A stretch of 48,847 nucleotides of DNA from the sequence record DRR378314_2181; one strand, written 5' to 3'. The notes under the pieces are model-generated. The model saw only the letters and a program-made list of their open reading frames with translations. It did not search any database and had not been told where the DNA came from. A program made the position numbers and the translations under genes. This document shows positions 9,929 through 18,400 of this stretch, piece after piece; positions within the stretch are counted from its first letter, which is position 1; each line of letters starts with the position of its first letter.

Positions 9929-11164
9929 TCAGGCGACCTGACGTCTGGCTTCGCGCGCGATCAGATCAGACAGCTTTTTCATGCCGCGATCGATATCTTC
10001 TGGCGAACAGGTCGAAAAAGACAGCCGAAGCGTATTGTCCCCGCCGCCTTTGGCATGAAAGGCTGCCCCCGGAACATAGGCAATTTTATCTTCATCCAGC
10101 GCCACTTCCAGCAATTTACGGGCATCCAGCCCTTCTGGCAGACGTAGCCAGACAAACATACCGCCTTCGGGCTCGGTGAAGCTGACATTATTTGGCAAAT
10201 ACTGGCGTAAAGCCTTGACCATGGCGTCTTTTCGTTCCCCATAAACCCTGCGGAGTGTCAGCACATGATCATCGAGAATTTCAGAGAATAAGCGATAGGC
10301 AAGGATCTGGTTCATACAGGATGTTTGCAGATCATTGGCCTGCTTCAGGATAACCAGCTTATCCAGCAAGGCCTGAGGTGCGATTGTCCAGCCGACCCTA
10401 AGGGCCGGAACCAGTGTCTTGGAGGCTGTGCCGATCTGGATAACCAGACCTTCATCCTGCCATTTACCCTGACCGAGGAAATCCCCTTCCACTTCCAGAA
10501 GAGAGGCTGGCGGCGGCGCATCATAATACAGCGTGCGATAAGCCGTATCTTCGATGATGGCAACATCATATTTGTGGGCCAGTTCGATAATTTCCTGGCG
10601 TCGTTCCAACGGCAGGGTCATGCCGCCCGGATTTTGGAAATCCGGAATGGTATAGAAAATCCTGGCGCCCGCCTGAAATGCTTTTTCAAGTTCTGAGGTC
10701 ACAACGCCGTTCGGGTCGGTCGCAACAGGCATGAAATTAGGACGACGGGTCATGAAGACCTGCAAGGCCCCCAGATAGGTTGGATCCGCCACGGCAATCG
10801 GCGTATCCGGATCCATCAATGCCGCAGACAGCAAAGTCAATGATTGCTGCGCACCGCAAGTGACTAGGATATTACTGACATCCAGGCCCAGGTTATCCGT
10901 GCTGTGACGTTCGGCAATCCATTCGCGCAACGGCAGGTAACCTTCGGTCGCGGAATATTGCATCGCCTCGCGGGAGATTTGCTGATCCCCTTCGATCGCA
11001 TTGCGAATACGCGTCACGTCAGCCGTTGGAAAGAGTTCCGGATCCGGAATACCACCAGCAAAAGACAATACGGTTGGATCCGCCAGTAATTTCAACAGTT
11101 CGCGGATCTCTGACGCCTCAATTGCACGGGCGTCGGCAGAAAATCTTGTTGTCCAACTCATCAT
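9929..11164 (-). CDS. PLP-dependent aminotransferase class I/II (LysN/ARO8-like)
   Basis: SEIRELLK, SFAGGIPD, PDFQNPGG, EDTAY, SKTLVPALRVGW (PLP lysine), PEGGMFVW, LRLSFS. No N-terminal HTH domain. Confidence 0.93.
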   Translation of the reverse strand: MMSWTTRFSADARAIEASEIRELLKLLADPTVLSFAGGIPDPELFPTADVTRIRNAIEGDQQISREAMQYSATEGYLPLREWIAERHSTDNLGLDVSNILVTCGAQQSLTLLSAALMDPDTPIAVADPTYLGALQVFMTRRPNFMPVATDPNGVVTSELEKAFQAGARIFYTIPDFQNPGGMTLPLERRQEIIELAHKYDVAIIEDTAYRTLYYDAPPPASLLEVEGDFLGQGKWQDEGLVIQIGTASKTLVPALRVGWTIAPQALLDKLVILKQANDLQTSCMNQILAYRLFSEILDDHVLTLRRVYGERKDAMVKALRQYLPNNVSFTEPEGGMFVWLRLPEGLDARKLLEVALDEDKIAYVPGAAFHAKGGGDNTLRLSFSTCSPEDIDRGMKKLSDLIAREARRQVA

Positions 11165-11191
11165 AGAACCTATAACGTTTCATCCCTTAAC

Positions 11192-11227
11192 GTCAGCAAC
11201 ACTGACCTTTATTATATTTCCTGTCAA
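11192..11227 (-). promoter_or_regulatory. Sigma70 -35 (TTGACA) with palindromic operator GTCAG-N5-CTGAC over the -10/+1 region of the aminotransferase
   Basis: Minus strand TTGACA (11227-11222). Palindrome gtcagcaacactgac at 11192-11206. Confidence 0.65.
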
Positions 11228-11334
11228 TAGATTATTTTGTAATTTTCGACATGCAAACGATCAAAGCTTGATATAATTGAACAATTCATACTGGAATCCG
11301 CCGCCCTTTCCCTCAATTGCCAACGCCTGGACAC

Positions 11335-11361
11335 AAAAAAGGGCCCGAAAACCGGGCCCTT
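11335..11361 (-). terminator. Intrinsic terminator of ndk
   Basis: Minus strand AAGGGCCCGG-tt-TTCGGGCCC-TTTTTT. Confidence 0.9.
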
Positions 11362-11390
11362 CCATGAATCAGCAAATTTGAATATTGGGA

Positions 11391-11813
11391 TTAGCCAACA
11401 ATTTCAAACTGTGAGAAGAACTGAGAAATTTCCATCGCTGCATTTTCCGGGCTGTCTGAGCCATGCACAGAGTTGGCTTCGATGCTTTCAGCAAACTCTT
11501 TACGGATTGTGCCGTCTGCTGCATCCGCTGGATTTGTTGCGCCCATCACTTCCCGGTTTTTCGCAACCGCATCTTCACCTTCCAGAACCTGAACGACAAC
11601 AGGACCTGATGTCATGAACTCAACCAGTTCACCAAAGAAAGGGCGTTCTTTGTGAACAGCATAGAATGCTTCGGCATTTGCTGTTGTCATCTGGATGCGC
11701 TTCTGGGCAATAATCCGAAGACCTGCCTCTTCCAGTTTGGCGTTAACCTTGCCAGTCAGGTTGCGGCGGGTTGCATCTGGTTTGATAATAGAAAAGGTGC
11801 GTTGAATAGCCAT
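11391..11813 (-). CDS. ndk: Nucleoside diphosphate kinase
   Basis: [28 protein letters not shown]. Confidence 0.99.
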   Translation of the reverse strand: MAIQRTFSIIKPDATRRNLTGKVNAKLEEAGLRIIAQKRIQMTTANAEAFYAVHKERPFFGELVEFMTSGPVVVQVLEGEDAVAKNREVMGATNPADAADGTIRKEFAESIEANSVHGSDSPENAAMEISQFFSQFEIVG

Positions 11814-11962
11814 TATGATCACTCAGTTTATAGGGACAGAAAAAAGAATTTCGCGCCTTATAACTTCCTCAGCCCTTTGCTGCAACAGAATTACCGCATT
11901 TTTTCCCAAATCCGGCTGGAATTCAGTATTCCAAAGACGAAAAACCTGCTAGAGCATCCCGC

Positions 11963-13882
11963 ATGTTACAGATTAACGATCTCACGTACCGCGTTGCGGG
12001 CAGAACTTTGCTGGAAGAGGCGACCGTCCATATTCCAGCCGGACACCGGGTTGGCTTCATCGGCCGAAACGGAACGGGTAAATCTACCCTGTTGAAATTG
12101 ATCACCGGAGAGCTGGCGCTCGACGCCGGGTCGATCAAGATCCGCAATGGCGCCCGGATCGGTGTCTTGCCGCAGGAAGCCCCCTCTGGCCCGGAAAGCC
12201 TTTTGGAAGCCGTACTGGCGGCGGATGTGGAGCGTGCCGACCTGATGGCGGAAGCCGAAACCGCCACCGATCCCATGCGCATCGCCGAAGTTCATATCCG
12301 GCTGGCCGATATTGACGCTTATACAGCCGAAGCCCGGGCTGCCAAGATCCTTGCAGGCCTTGGATTTGATCATGAAGCTCAGGCGCGTCCCTGCTCCTCT
12401 TTTTCGGGCGGCTGGCGAACCCGGGTCGGGCTTGCCGGAACCTTATTTTCCAATCCGGATCTGCTGCTGCTTGACGAGCCGAGCAACTATCTGGATCTGG
12501 AAGCAACCTTGTGGTTGGAAAATTTCCTCAAAACCTATCCACAAACCCTGATCATTGTCAGTCATGACCGGGATCTGTTGAATAATGTGGTTGGCACCAT
12601 TGTCCATCTGGAGCAGCTTAAACTGACCCGCTATACGGGCAACTATGATTTCTTCGAAAAAACCCGATCAGAGCAGTTGGCCCTGAACGCGGCGATGGCC
12701 AAGAAACAGGAATTGCAGCGCAAACATCTGCAGTCTTTTGTCGATCGTTTCCGCGCCAAAGCCTCCAAAGCCCGCCAGGCGCAGAGCCGGGTCAAGATGT
12801 TGGAGAAACTAACCCCCATCGCCTCGGTTATGGAAGAATACACCGTCAACTTTGATTTTCCTTCACCGGAGCCGTTGGCCTCTCCGATTATCAGCATGGA
12901 AAATTGCGCCACCGGATATGATCCAGCCAAAATGATCCTGAACCGGTTGGATCTGCGCATTGATATGGAAGACCGCATCGCACTGCTGGGACCCAACGGA
13001 AATGGTAAATCGACTTTTGCCAAACTGATTGCCGGTAAATTGCGGGCTGAGGCCGGGGAGTTTCGGAAATCGGCGAAGCTGAAGATTGGCTTTTTTGCCC
13101 AGCACCAACTCGATGAAATGCATCCTGAGGAAACCGCTTATCAGCATTTGGTCGCCAAAATGGACAATGCCCGCGAAGGAGTTGTTCGCTCCCGGCTTGG
13201 ACAGTTTGGCTTTTCCAAGGATAAATCCGATGTTCCCGTTGAACAGTTATCCGGCGGCGAAAAAGCCCGGTTAACATTCTGTCTGTTGTCAGTCGAAGCC
13301 CCGCATCTACTGATCCTTGATGAGCCGACAAACCATCTGGATGTGGATGCCCGAGAAGCATTGGTTCAAGGCTTAAACGCGTTCGAAGGCGCTGTTCTTC
13401 TGATCAGTCATGATCCGCATCTGGTCAGTCTGGTCGCGGATGAGCTGTGGCTGGTCAGTGACGGAACCGTCAGCCGCTATCTGGGGGATATCAAGGACTA
13501 TAAGAAAGAGGTTCTGGAAAAAGCCCGAAGCGGCGGATCTGGCAATCGCCCGCAAGCTTTTGCGCAGGAGCCCGAAACGCTCGTGATAACAGAAGATCCC
13601 AAGGCATCTGGCAAGGAAGGTCGGAAAAACCGCGCTGAAAATCGGGCGCAGTTGGCCCCGCTTCGCAAGGAAATCGGAAAGCTGGAAAAAGAAATCCAGA
13701 AGCTGGGAAATGATCGCAAAGTCCTGGAAGATGCCTTGGCGGATCCTGCAACTTATGACAAGGGCGCTGACTATCAGGCCAGGCTGTCTGCCAAGATGGG
13801 GGAATTAACCAGCCGTCTGGATAAGGTTGAATCGAACTGGATGGAAAAACTGGAAAAACTGGAAACTTTGGAGAAAGCGTAA
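11963..13882 (+). CDS. ABC-F family ATPase (YheS-like)
   Basis: Two ABC domains (GRNGTGKST/FSGGW/LDEPSN and GPNGNGKST/LSGGEK/LDEPTNH), no TM segments, C-terminal coiled coil. Confidence 0.95.
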   Translation: MLQINDLTYRVAGRTLLEEATVHIPAGHRVGFIGRNGTGKSTLLKLITGELALDAGSIKIRNGARIGVLPQEAPSGPESLLEAVLAADVERADLMAEAETATDPMRIAEVHIRLADIDAYTAEARAAKILAGLGFDHEAQARPCSSFSGGWRTRVGLAGTLFSNPDLLLLDEPSNYLDLEATLWLENFLKTYPQTLIIVSHDRDLLNNVVGTIVHLEQLKLTRYTGNYDFFEKTRSEQLALNAAMAKKQELQRKHLQSFVDRFRAKASKARQAQSRVKMLEKLTPIASVMEEYTVNFDFPSPEPLASPIISMENCATGYDPAKMILNRLDLRIDMEDRIALLGPNGNGKSTFAKLIAGKLRAEAGEFRKSAKLKIGFFAQHQLDEMHPEETAYQHLVAKMDNAREGVVRSRLGQFGFSKDKSDVPVEQLSGGEKARLTFCLLSVEAPHLLILDEPTNHLDVDAREALVQGLNAFEGAVLLISHDPHLVSLVADELWLVSDGTVSRYLGDIKDYKKEVLEKARSGGSGNRPQAFAQEPETLVITEDPKASGKEGRKNRAENRAQLAPLRKEIGKLEKEIQKLGNDRKVLEDALADPATYDKGADYQARLSAKMGELTSRLDKVESNWMEKLEKLETLEKA

Positions 13883-13889
13883 AGCTTTT

Positions 13890-14339
13890 TTATGCTTTCT
13901 TGACCCACCGGCCATCCTGCTGCTGCCAGTAGGTGACGTCTATGCCCTCGTCCCGGAAGGTTTTCCAGCGGGCCCGCGCCGCCTGTAATCTCTCTGGATC
14001 GTTGCCATCAAACATATAAAGGCATCGATCATAATCAGCGATATCAGCCGCTGGCGCATCTTCCAGCAAAACCAGAACACTCGCGCCGTTCTGATTGGTC
14101 CCATCGGGGCCCGTCAATAAAATGGGCTGCTGGTCTGGATTAGGGTCTTCTGCTTTGCCATGGGCCAGGAAAGAGGGCGCAGTGTAAGTCCAAAGTGCCC
14201 CGTCCAGATCCATTCTCAGTTGATCCGTGGTCATGCGAACAAGAGACGTCATGCCGCGCTCGCTAACTTTTTCCAGCAAACGCGGCAGAACCTGTTCTAG
14301 CGGCTGGGCCTGTAGATGATAGAAACTGACCTCAACCAT
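13890..14339 (-). CDS. holC: DNA polymerase III subunit chi
   Basis: EVSFYHL, LDGALWT..SFLAHG, QPILLT, ARARWK; downstream of pepA. Confidence 0.95.
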   Translation of the reverse strand: MVEVSFYHLQAQPLEQVLPRLLEKVSERGMTSLVRMTTDQLRMDLDGALWTYTAPSFLAHGKAEDPNPDQQPILLTGPDGTNQNGASVLVLLEDAPAADIADYDRCLYMFDGNDPERLQAARARWKTFRDEGIDVTYWQQQDGRWVKKA

Positions 14340-14347
14340 GAAGAGGG

Positions 14348-15853
14348 TTATTTCCCTTCGTGATACGTCTTGACGAAATTATCCAGAAGACGAACCCCAT
14401 AGCCAGTGCCGCCTTTTGGAACTGTTGGGGTCTCTTTCTTGGACCAGGCCATTCCGGCAATATCGATGTGAGCCCAAGGCTTGCCATTGACAAATTTCTG
14501 CAGGAATTCAGCCGCTACGATAGAGCCAGCGCCCCTGCCGCCAGAGCCGATATTCTGCATATCTGCGATCGGGCTGTCGATTTGTTTGGCATATTCTTTT
14601 TGCATGGGAAGACGCCAGACCCCTTCACCAACATCTTTACCAGCCGCAAAGATCTGATCAGCCAGCTTGTCATCATTTGCAAACAGGCCGGCATTTTCAT
14701 GACCGAGACTGATAATAATCGCGCCGGTCAGGGTGGCCAGATCGACAATCAGTTCGGGATCATATTTGTCCTGCGTATACCAAAGCGCATCGGCCAGTAC
14801 CAGGCGGCCTTCGGCGTCGGTATTCAGAATTTCAATCGTCTGACCGGACATGGACGTGACGATATCACCCGGTCGCTGGGCATTACCATCAGGCATATTT
14901 TCCACAAGTCCGATGACGCCAATGACATTCACCTTGGCTTTTCGCCCTGCCAGTGCCTTCATCAGCCCGGTTACGGTACCAGCGCCGCCCATGTCCCATT
15001 TCATTTCTTCCATACCGGGTCCCGGTTTCAGGGAGATACCGCCGGTATCAAAGCAAACCCCTTTCCCAACAAAGGCCAATGGCTTTTTGGATGACTTGGC
15101 CGGTGCCCCATTCCACTTCATGACCACAAGTCGGCTTTCCCGGATGGAGCCTTGACCAACTCCCAAAAGCGCGCCCATACCGAGCCGCTCCATCTTGGCT
15201 TCATTCAGGATCTCAACTTCAATCCCAAGGCTGGTCAACTCCTTGCAACGATCAGCAAAGCTTTCCGGATACAGGCTGTTGGCAGGTTCGCTCACCAGAT
15301 CACGGGTCAGAAAAACCCCATCTGCAATCGCTTCCAGATCCGGGAAGGCTTTGCGCGCCGCAGCCGAGGATTTACATTCCACGGTAATTTTCTGCAAGGT
15401 CGGCTCTGCGTCCTTGTCCAGTTCCGACTTGAACTTGGTAAAGCGGTAAGAAGCGAGCTTTGCACCAAAGGCAACTTGCGCAGCGCCGTCACTTTCTTTG
15501 ACGTCGGCGTCTTCAAAGCCATCCAGAATCACAGTCAGGTTCTTGGCGCCCGCCGCATTCATTTTCTTCAAAAGAGAGCCGCCCAGATCCTCAAAATCCC
15601 GAAGGGCGAGATCACCTTTATCTCCTAACCCAAAGAGCACAATACGGGAGACTTCCATATTTGCCGGTGACAGGATCTCCAGCACATTCCCTTTTTTACC
15701 CGTAAAACGGCTATTTTCGATAGCCCGGCCAATTGCCCCACTTGTCAGCTTGTCAACTTCGCTTGCGGTCGGTGACAGTTTCTTGTCCGCGAAAACCGCG
15801 ATGGCAAGTGAACCTCTTTTCGGAAGGGATATCTCGGAGAAAGCAAATTTCAT
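14348..15853 (-). CDS. pepA: Leucyl aminopeptidase
   Basis: VGKGVCFDTGGISLK, MKWDMGGA, NTDAEGRLVLAD, WAHIDIAG. Confidence 0.98.
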   Translation of the reverse strand: MKFAFSEISLPKRGSLAIAVFADKKLSPTASEVDKLTSGAIGRAIENSRFTGKKGNVLEILSPANMEVSRIVLFGLGDKGDLALRDFEDLGGSLLKKMNAAGAKNLTVILDGFEDADVKESDGAAQVAFGAKLASYRFTKFKSELDKDAEPTLQKITVECKSSAAARKAFPDLEAIADGVFLTRDLVSEPANSLYPESFADRCKELTSLGIEVEILNEAKMERLGMGALLGVGQGSIRESRLVVMKWNGAPAKSSKKPLAFVGKGVCFDTGGISLKPGPGMEEMKWDMGGAGTVTGLMKALAGRKAKVNVIGVIGLVENMPDGNAQRPGDIVTSMSGQTIEILNTDAEGRLVLADALWYTQDKYDPELIVDLATLTGAIIISLGHENAGLFANDDKLADQIFAAGKDVGEGVWRLPMQKEYAKQIDSPIADMQNIGSGGRGAGSIVAAEFLQKFVNGKPWAHIDIAGMAWSKKETPTVPKGGTGYGVRLLDNFVKTYHEGK

Positions 15854-16163
15854 GGATCGCACCTGATTATCTGAAGCAAAATAATTTTTCTGAATCTGGA
15901 CACATTAGCCAAGCGCCTGATGCAGTTTCGAATGGTTCTCTCTACTGTATTTGAGGAAAGAGACACATTTTACAAGGCGCCTGAGGAATGGGTCCAAACA
16001 CCCAATGCTTACCCCAGGTCAGCCCATCTATCAATATGATTAGCAATGAAAGCCATCTGGCTAACCCCGATTTAAGGCCTCAGGGGTTAAAAAACGCCGA
16101 TTTTTATATGGATTTGGCATATCTTCCATGGCACTCCGAAAATCCTTGGGTATACTCTGCGAC

Positions 16164-17306
16164 ATGAAAAGGATTAATTGGTACATAATCGTTCAGCTGC
16201 TGGGCCCAACACTGTTCATTACCTTCGCACTGACGGGTGTGATCTGGCTGTCCCAGACGTTGCAATTTGTGGAAAAGCTGATTTCGGGTCTTCCCATCAG
16301 CACCTTTTTGATCCTGACGGCCTTATTGCTTCCCGGCATTTTAAAATTCACCCTGATGCTTGGCCTGTTTTTTGGGATATTATTTGCCTTCAACAGGCTC
16401 TATTCAGAATCTGAACTGATTGTCATGTGGTCAGCCGGGCTGAGCAAACGGGCCCTTTGCCGGCCCGTTATGCTGACGGCACTTGCAGTGACCCTGTTAT
16501 TATATCTGTTCAGCTTTTTCCTTACCCCCTATGGGATCCGTACCGTTCAGGAACTGCGCGTCGAGTGGCGGGACAGCCTGGCGGCAGTGGTGTTGCGGGA
16601 GGGAGTTTTCAATACTCTGTCCAAAAACGTCACAGTCTATATTCGGGAAAAGACCCAAAGTGGCAAACTGCAGGGCATACTTGTGCATGATGAGCGGGAA
16701 CCTGAAAAACCCATCACTTACATGGCCCAGGAAGGAGCTTTCATCAAAACCAATGAAGGCCCTCGGTTTGTAATGAAAAATGGTAACTTGCAGGAAGTTC
16801 GAAAAGATGAAGCCAAGCTGAGCATTCTTTATTTCGACGATTACACGCTGGATGTCAGTCAGTTTGAAAAACCGCAATCCAATGGGTTCATCAAGGCAGA
16901 TGCTCGCTACCTGACGGAACTGCTCTGGCCGGAAGAGGGTTTATCGGACAAGAATAAAAACCGTATCCGTTCCGAATTACATAACCGTTTCGCCCTGCCC
17001 CTTTACACATTTGCGCTGGCCTTAATCGCCCTTGCCGGCACCATGAGCGGGGAATTTACCCGCCGGGGACGCGGGCCTAAACTGTTCTATGCAGGGTCTG
17101 CGGGTGTCTTGCTGCTGGTTTCCGCAATCGCCCTTTATAATATGGCGGAAAAAAGTGCGATCTTCATTGCGCCTTTGTATATTTTGCCAATTGTCAGCAG
17201 CTTGATCGCCGCCCATTTGGCTGGCGGCGGAAAGCTGCCGCGCTTCCTTCGAAGAGGGATATCCCCGGTGGATAAAGGCCTCACCACCGGAGGGTCAGCC
17301 AAATGA
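16164..17306 (+). CDS. lptF: LPS export ABC transporter permease LptF
   Basis: YjgP/YjgQ architecture with the ESELIVMWSAGLS motif; divergent from pepA. ATG at 16164 preferred over 16128. Confidence 0.93.
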   Translation: MKRINWYIIVQLLGPTLFITFALTGVIWLSQTLQFVEKLISGLPISTFLILTALLLPGILKFTLMLGLFFGILFAFNRLYSESELIVMWSAGLSKRALCRPVMLTALAVTLLLYLFSFFLTPYGIRTVQELRVEWRDSLAAVVLREGVFNTLSKNVTVYIREKTQSGKLQGILVHDEREPEKPITYMAQEGAFIKTNEGPRFVMKNGNLQEVRKDEAKLSILYFDDYTLDVSQFEKPQSNGFIKADARYLTELLWPEEGLSDKNKNRIRSELHNRFALPLYTFALALIALAGTMSGEFTRRGRGPKLFYAGSAGVLLLVSAIALYNMAEKSAIFIAPLYILPIVSSLIAAHLAGGGKLPRFLRRGISPVDKGLTTGGSAK

Positions 17307-18397
17307 AACTCTACAGCACGTTATCGATCTATCTGGGCAAACAGTTCCTGAAAAACGTCGCGATCATTTTTTCGATCATCGTTTCCATCGTTTTCATTGC
17401 TGATTTTATCGAATTTCTGCGTCAGGCGAGCGACAAGGAAGGCCTGGGTATTTTTGTGCCCATCCAATTGGCCCTGCTCCGCCTGCCAACACTGGCGCAA
17501 ATCCTCTTTCCGTTCATCGCCCTGTTTGGCGGGATGATGACTTTCTTTCGTCTGGCGCGAACCAATGAACTGACGGTGATCCGGTCTGCCGGCGTTTCTG
17601 CCTGGCTGTTTCTGATGCCGCCGCTGGCCATTGCTTTTTTCCTCGGCGTTTTTATCCTGACGGTGATCAACCCGATCGCTGCGGCCATGCAATCCTATTC
17701 CGCGCAGCTAGAGACCAAGTATTTCGAGCAACGCTCAAATCTGCTGGTTCTGACCTCCAACAATCTTTGGCTTCGTCAGGTAGATGAAAATGGCCTGTTC
17801 GTGATCCATGCACGCGGTGCCATCAATCGGGGGGTCGAGCTGACAGATGTCATCATCTTCCAATATGACAACAACGAGAATTTCACCGGCCGAATTGAAG
17901 CCGATACCGCGCGCCTTCGCGATGGCTATTGGGATTTAAAAAGCGTTCTGATGACGAGCCCGGAACAGCCTGGCACCGTTTTGGAGAACCTGCAACTCAG
18001 CACCAGTTTAACGGCCGCCCAGATCCAGGAGAGTTTTGCCCCTCCGAAAGAGATTTCTTTTTGGGAGCTGCCGCAATTTATTGACACTTTGGAAGAAGCT
18101 GGCTTCTCAGCCCTTAACCATCGTATATACTGGCACAGCCTGATCGCCCGGCCAGTCCTGTTGCTGGCCATGGTGCTGGTGGCGGCAACCTTTAGCTTAC
18201 GGGCGTCAAGACGGGGGAAAACGGGTCTATTGGTTATGGCGGGGATTACAACTGGATTTGTGTTTTATTTCTTTACCGATATCATCCTGGCATTGGGATT
18301 GGCAGGGAACCTGCCGGTTCTTCTGGCGGCGTGGACACCGTCGGTCGCGATCACTCTCCTTGGGCTTTCCATGATGTTCCATCTGGAGGATGGCTAG
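17303..18397 (+). CDS. lptG: LPS export ABC transporter permease LptG
   Basis: NELTVIRSAGVS, C-terminal HLEDG, ATGA overlap with lptF. Confidence 0.94.
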   Translation: MKLYSTLSIYLGKQFLKNVAIIFSIIVSIVFIADFIEFLRQASDKEGLGIFVPIQLALLRLPTLAQILFPFIALFGGMMTFFRLARTNELTVIRSAGVSAWLFLMPPLAIAFFLGVFILTVINPIAAAMQSYSAQLETKYFEQRSNLLVLTSNNLWLRQVDENGLFVIHARGAINRGVELTDVIIFQYDNNENFTGRIEADTARLRDGYWDLKSVLMTSPEQPGTVLENLQLSTSLTAAQIQESFAPPKEISFWELPQFIDTLEEAGFSALNHRIYWHSLIARPVLLLAMVLVAATFSLRASRRGKTGLLVMAGITTGFVFYFFTDIILALGLAGNLPVLLAAWTPSVAITLLGLSMMFHLEDG

Positions 18398-18400
18398 ATC

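Noticed and set aside
9871-11361. Shared AAAAAAGGGCCC at 9871 and 11335 as mobile-element ends around the aminotransferase
   Set aside because: Each copy is one arm of an ordinary intrinsic terminator; no transposase or target-site duplication.
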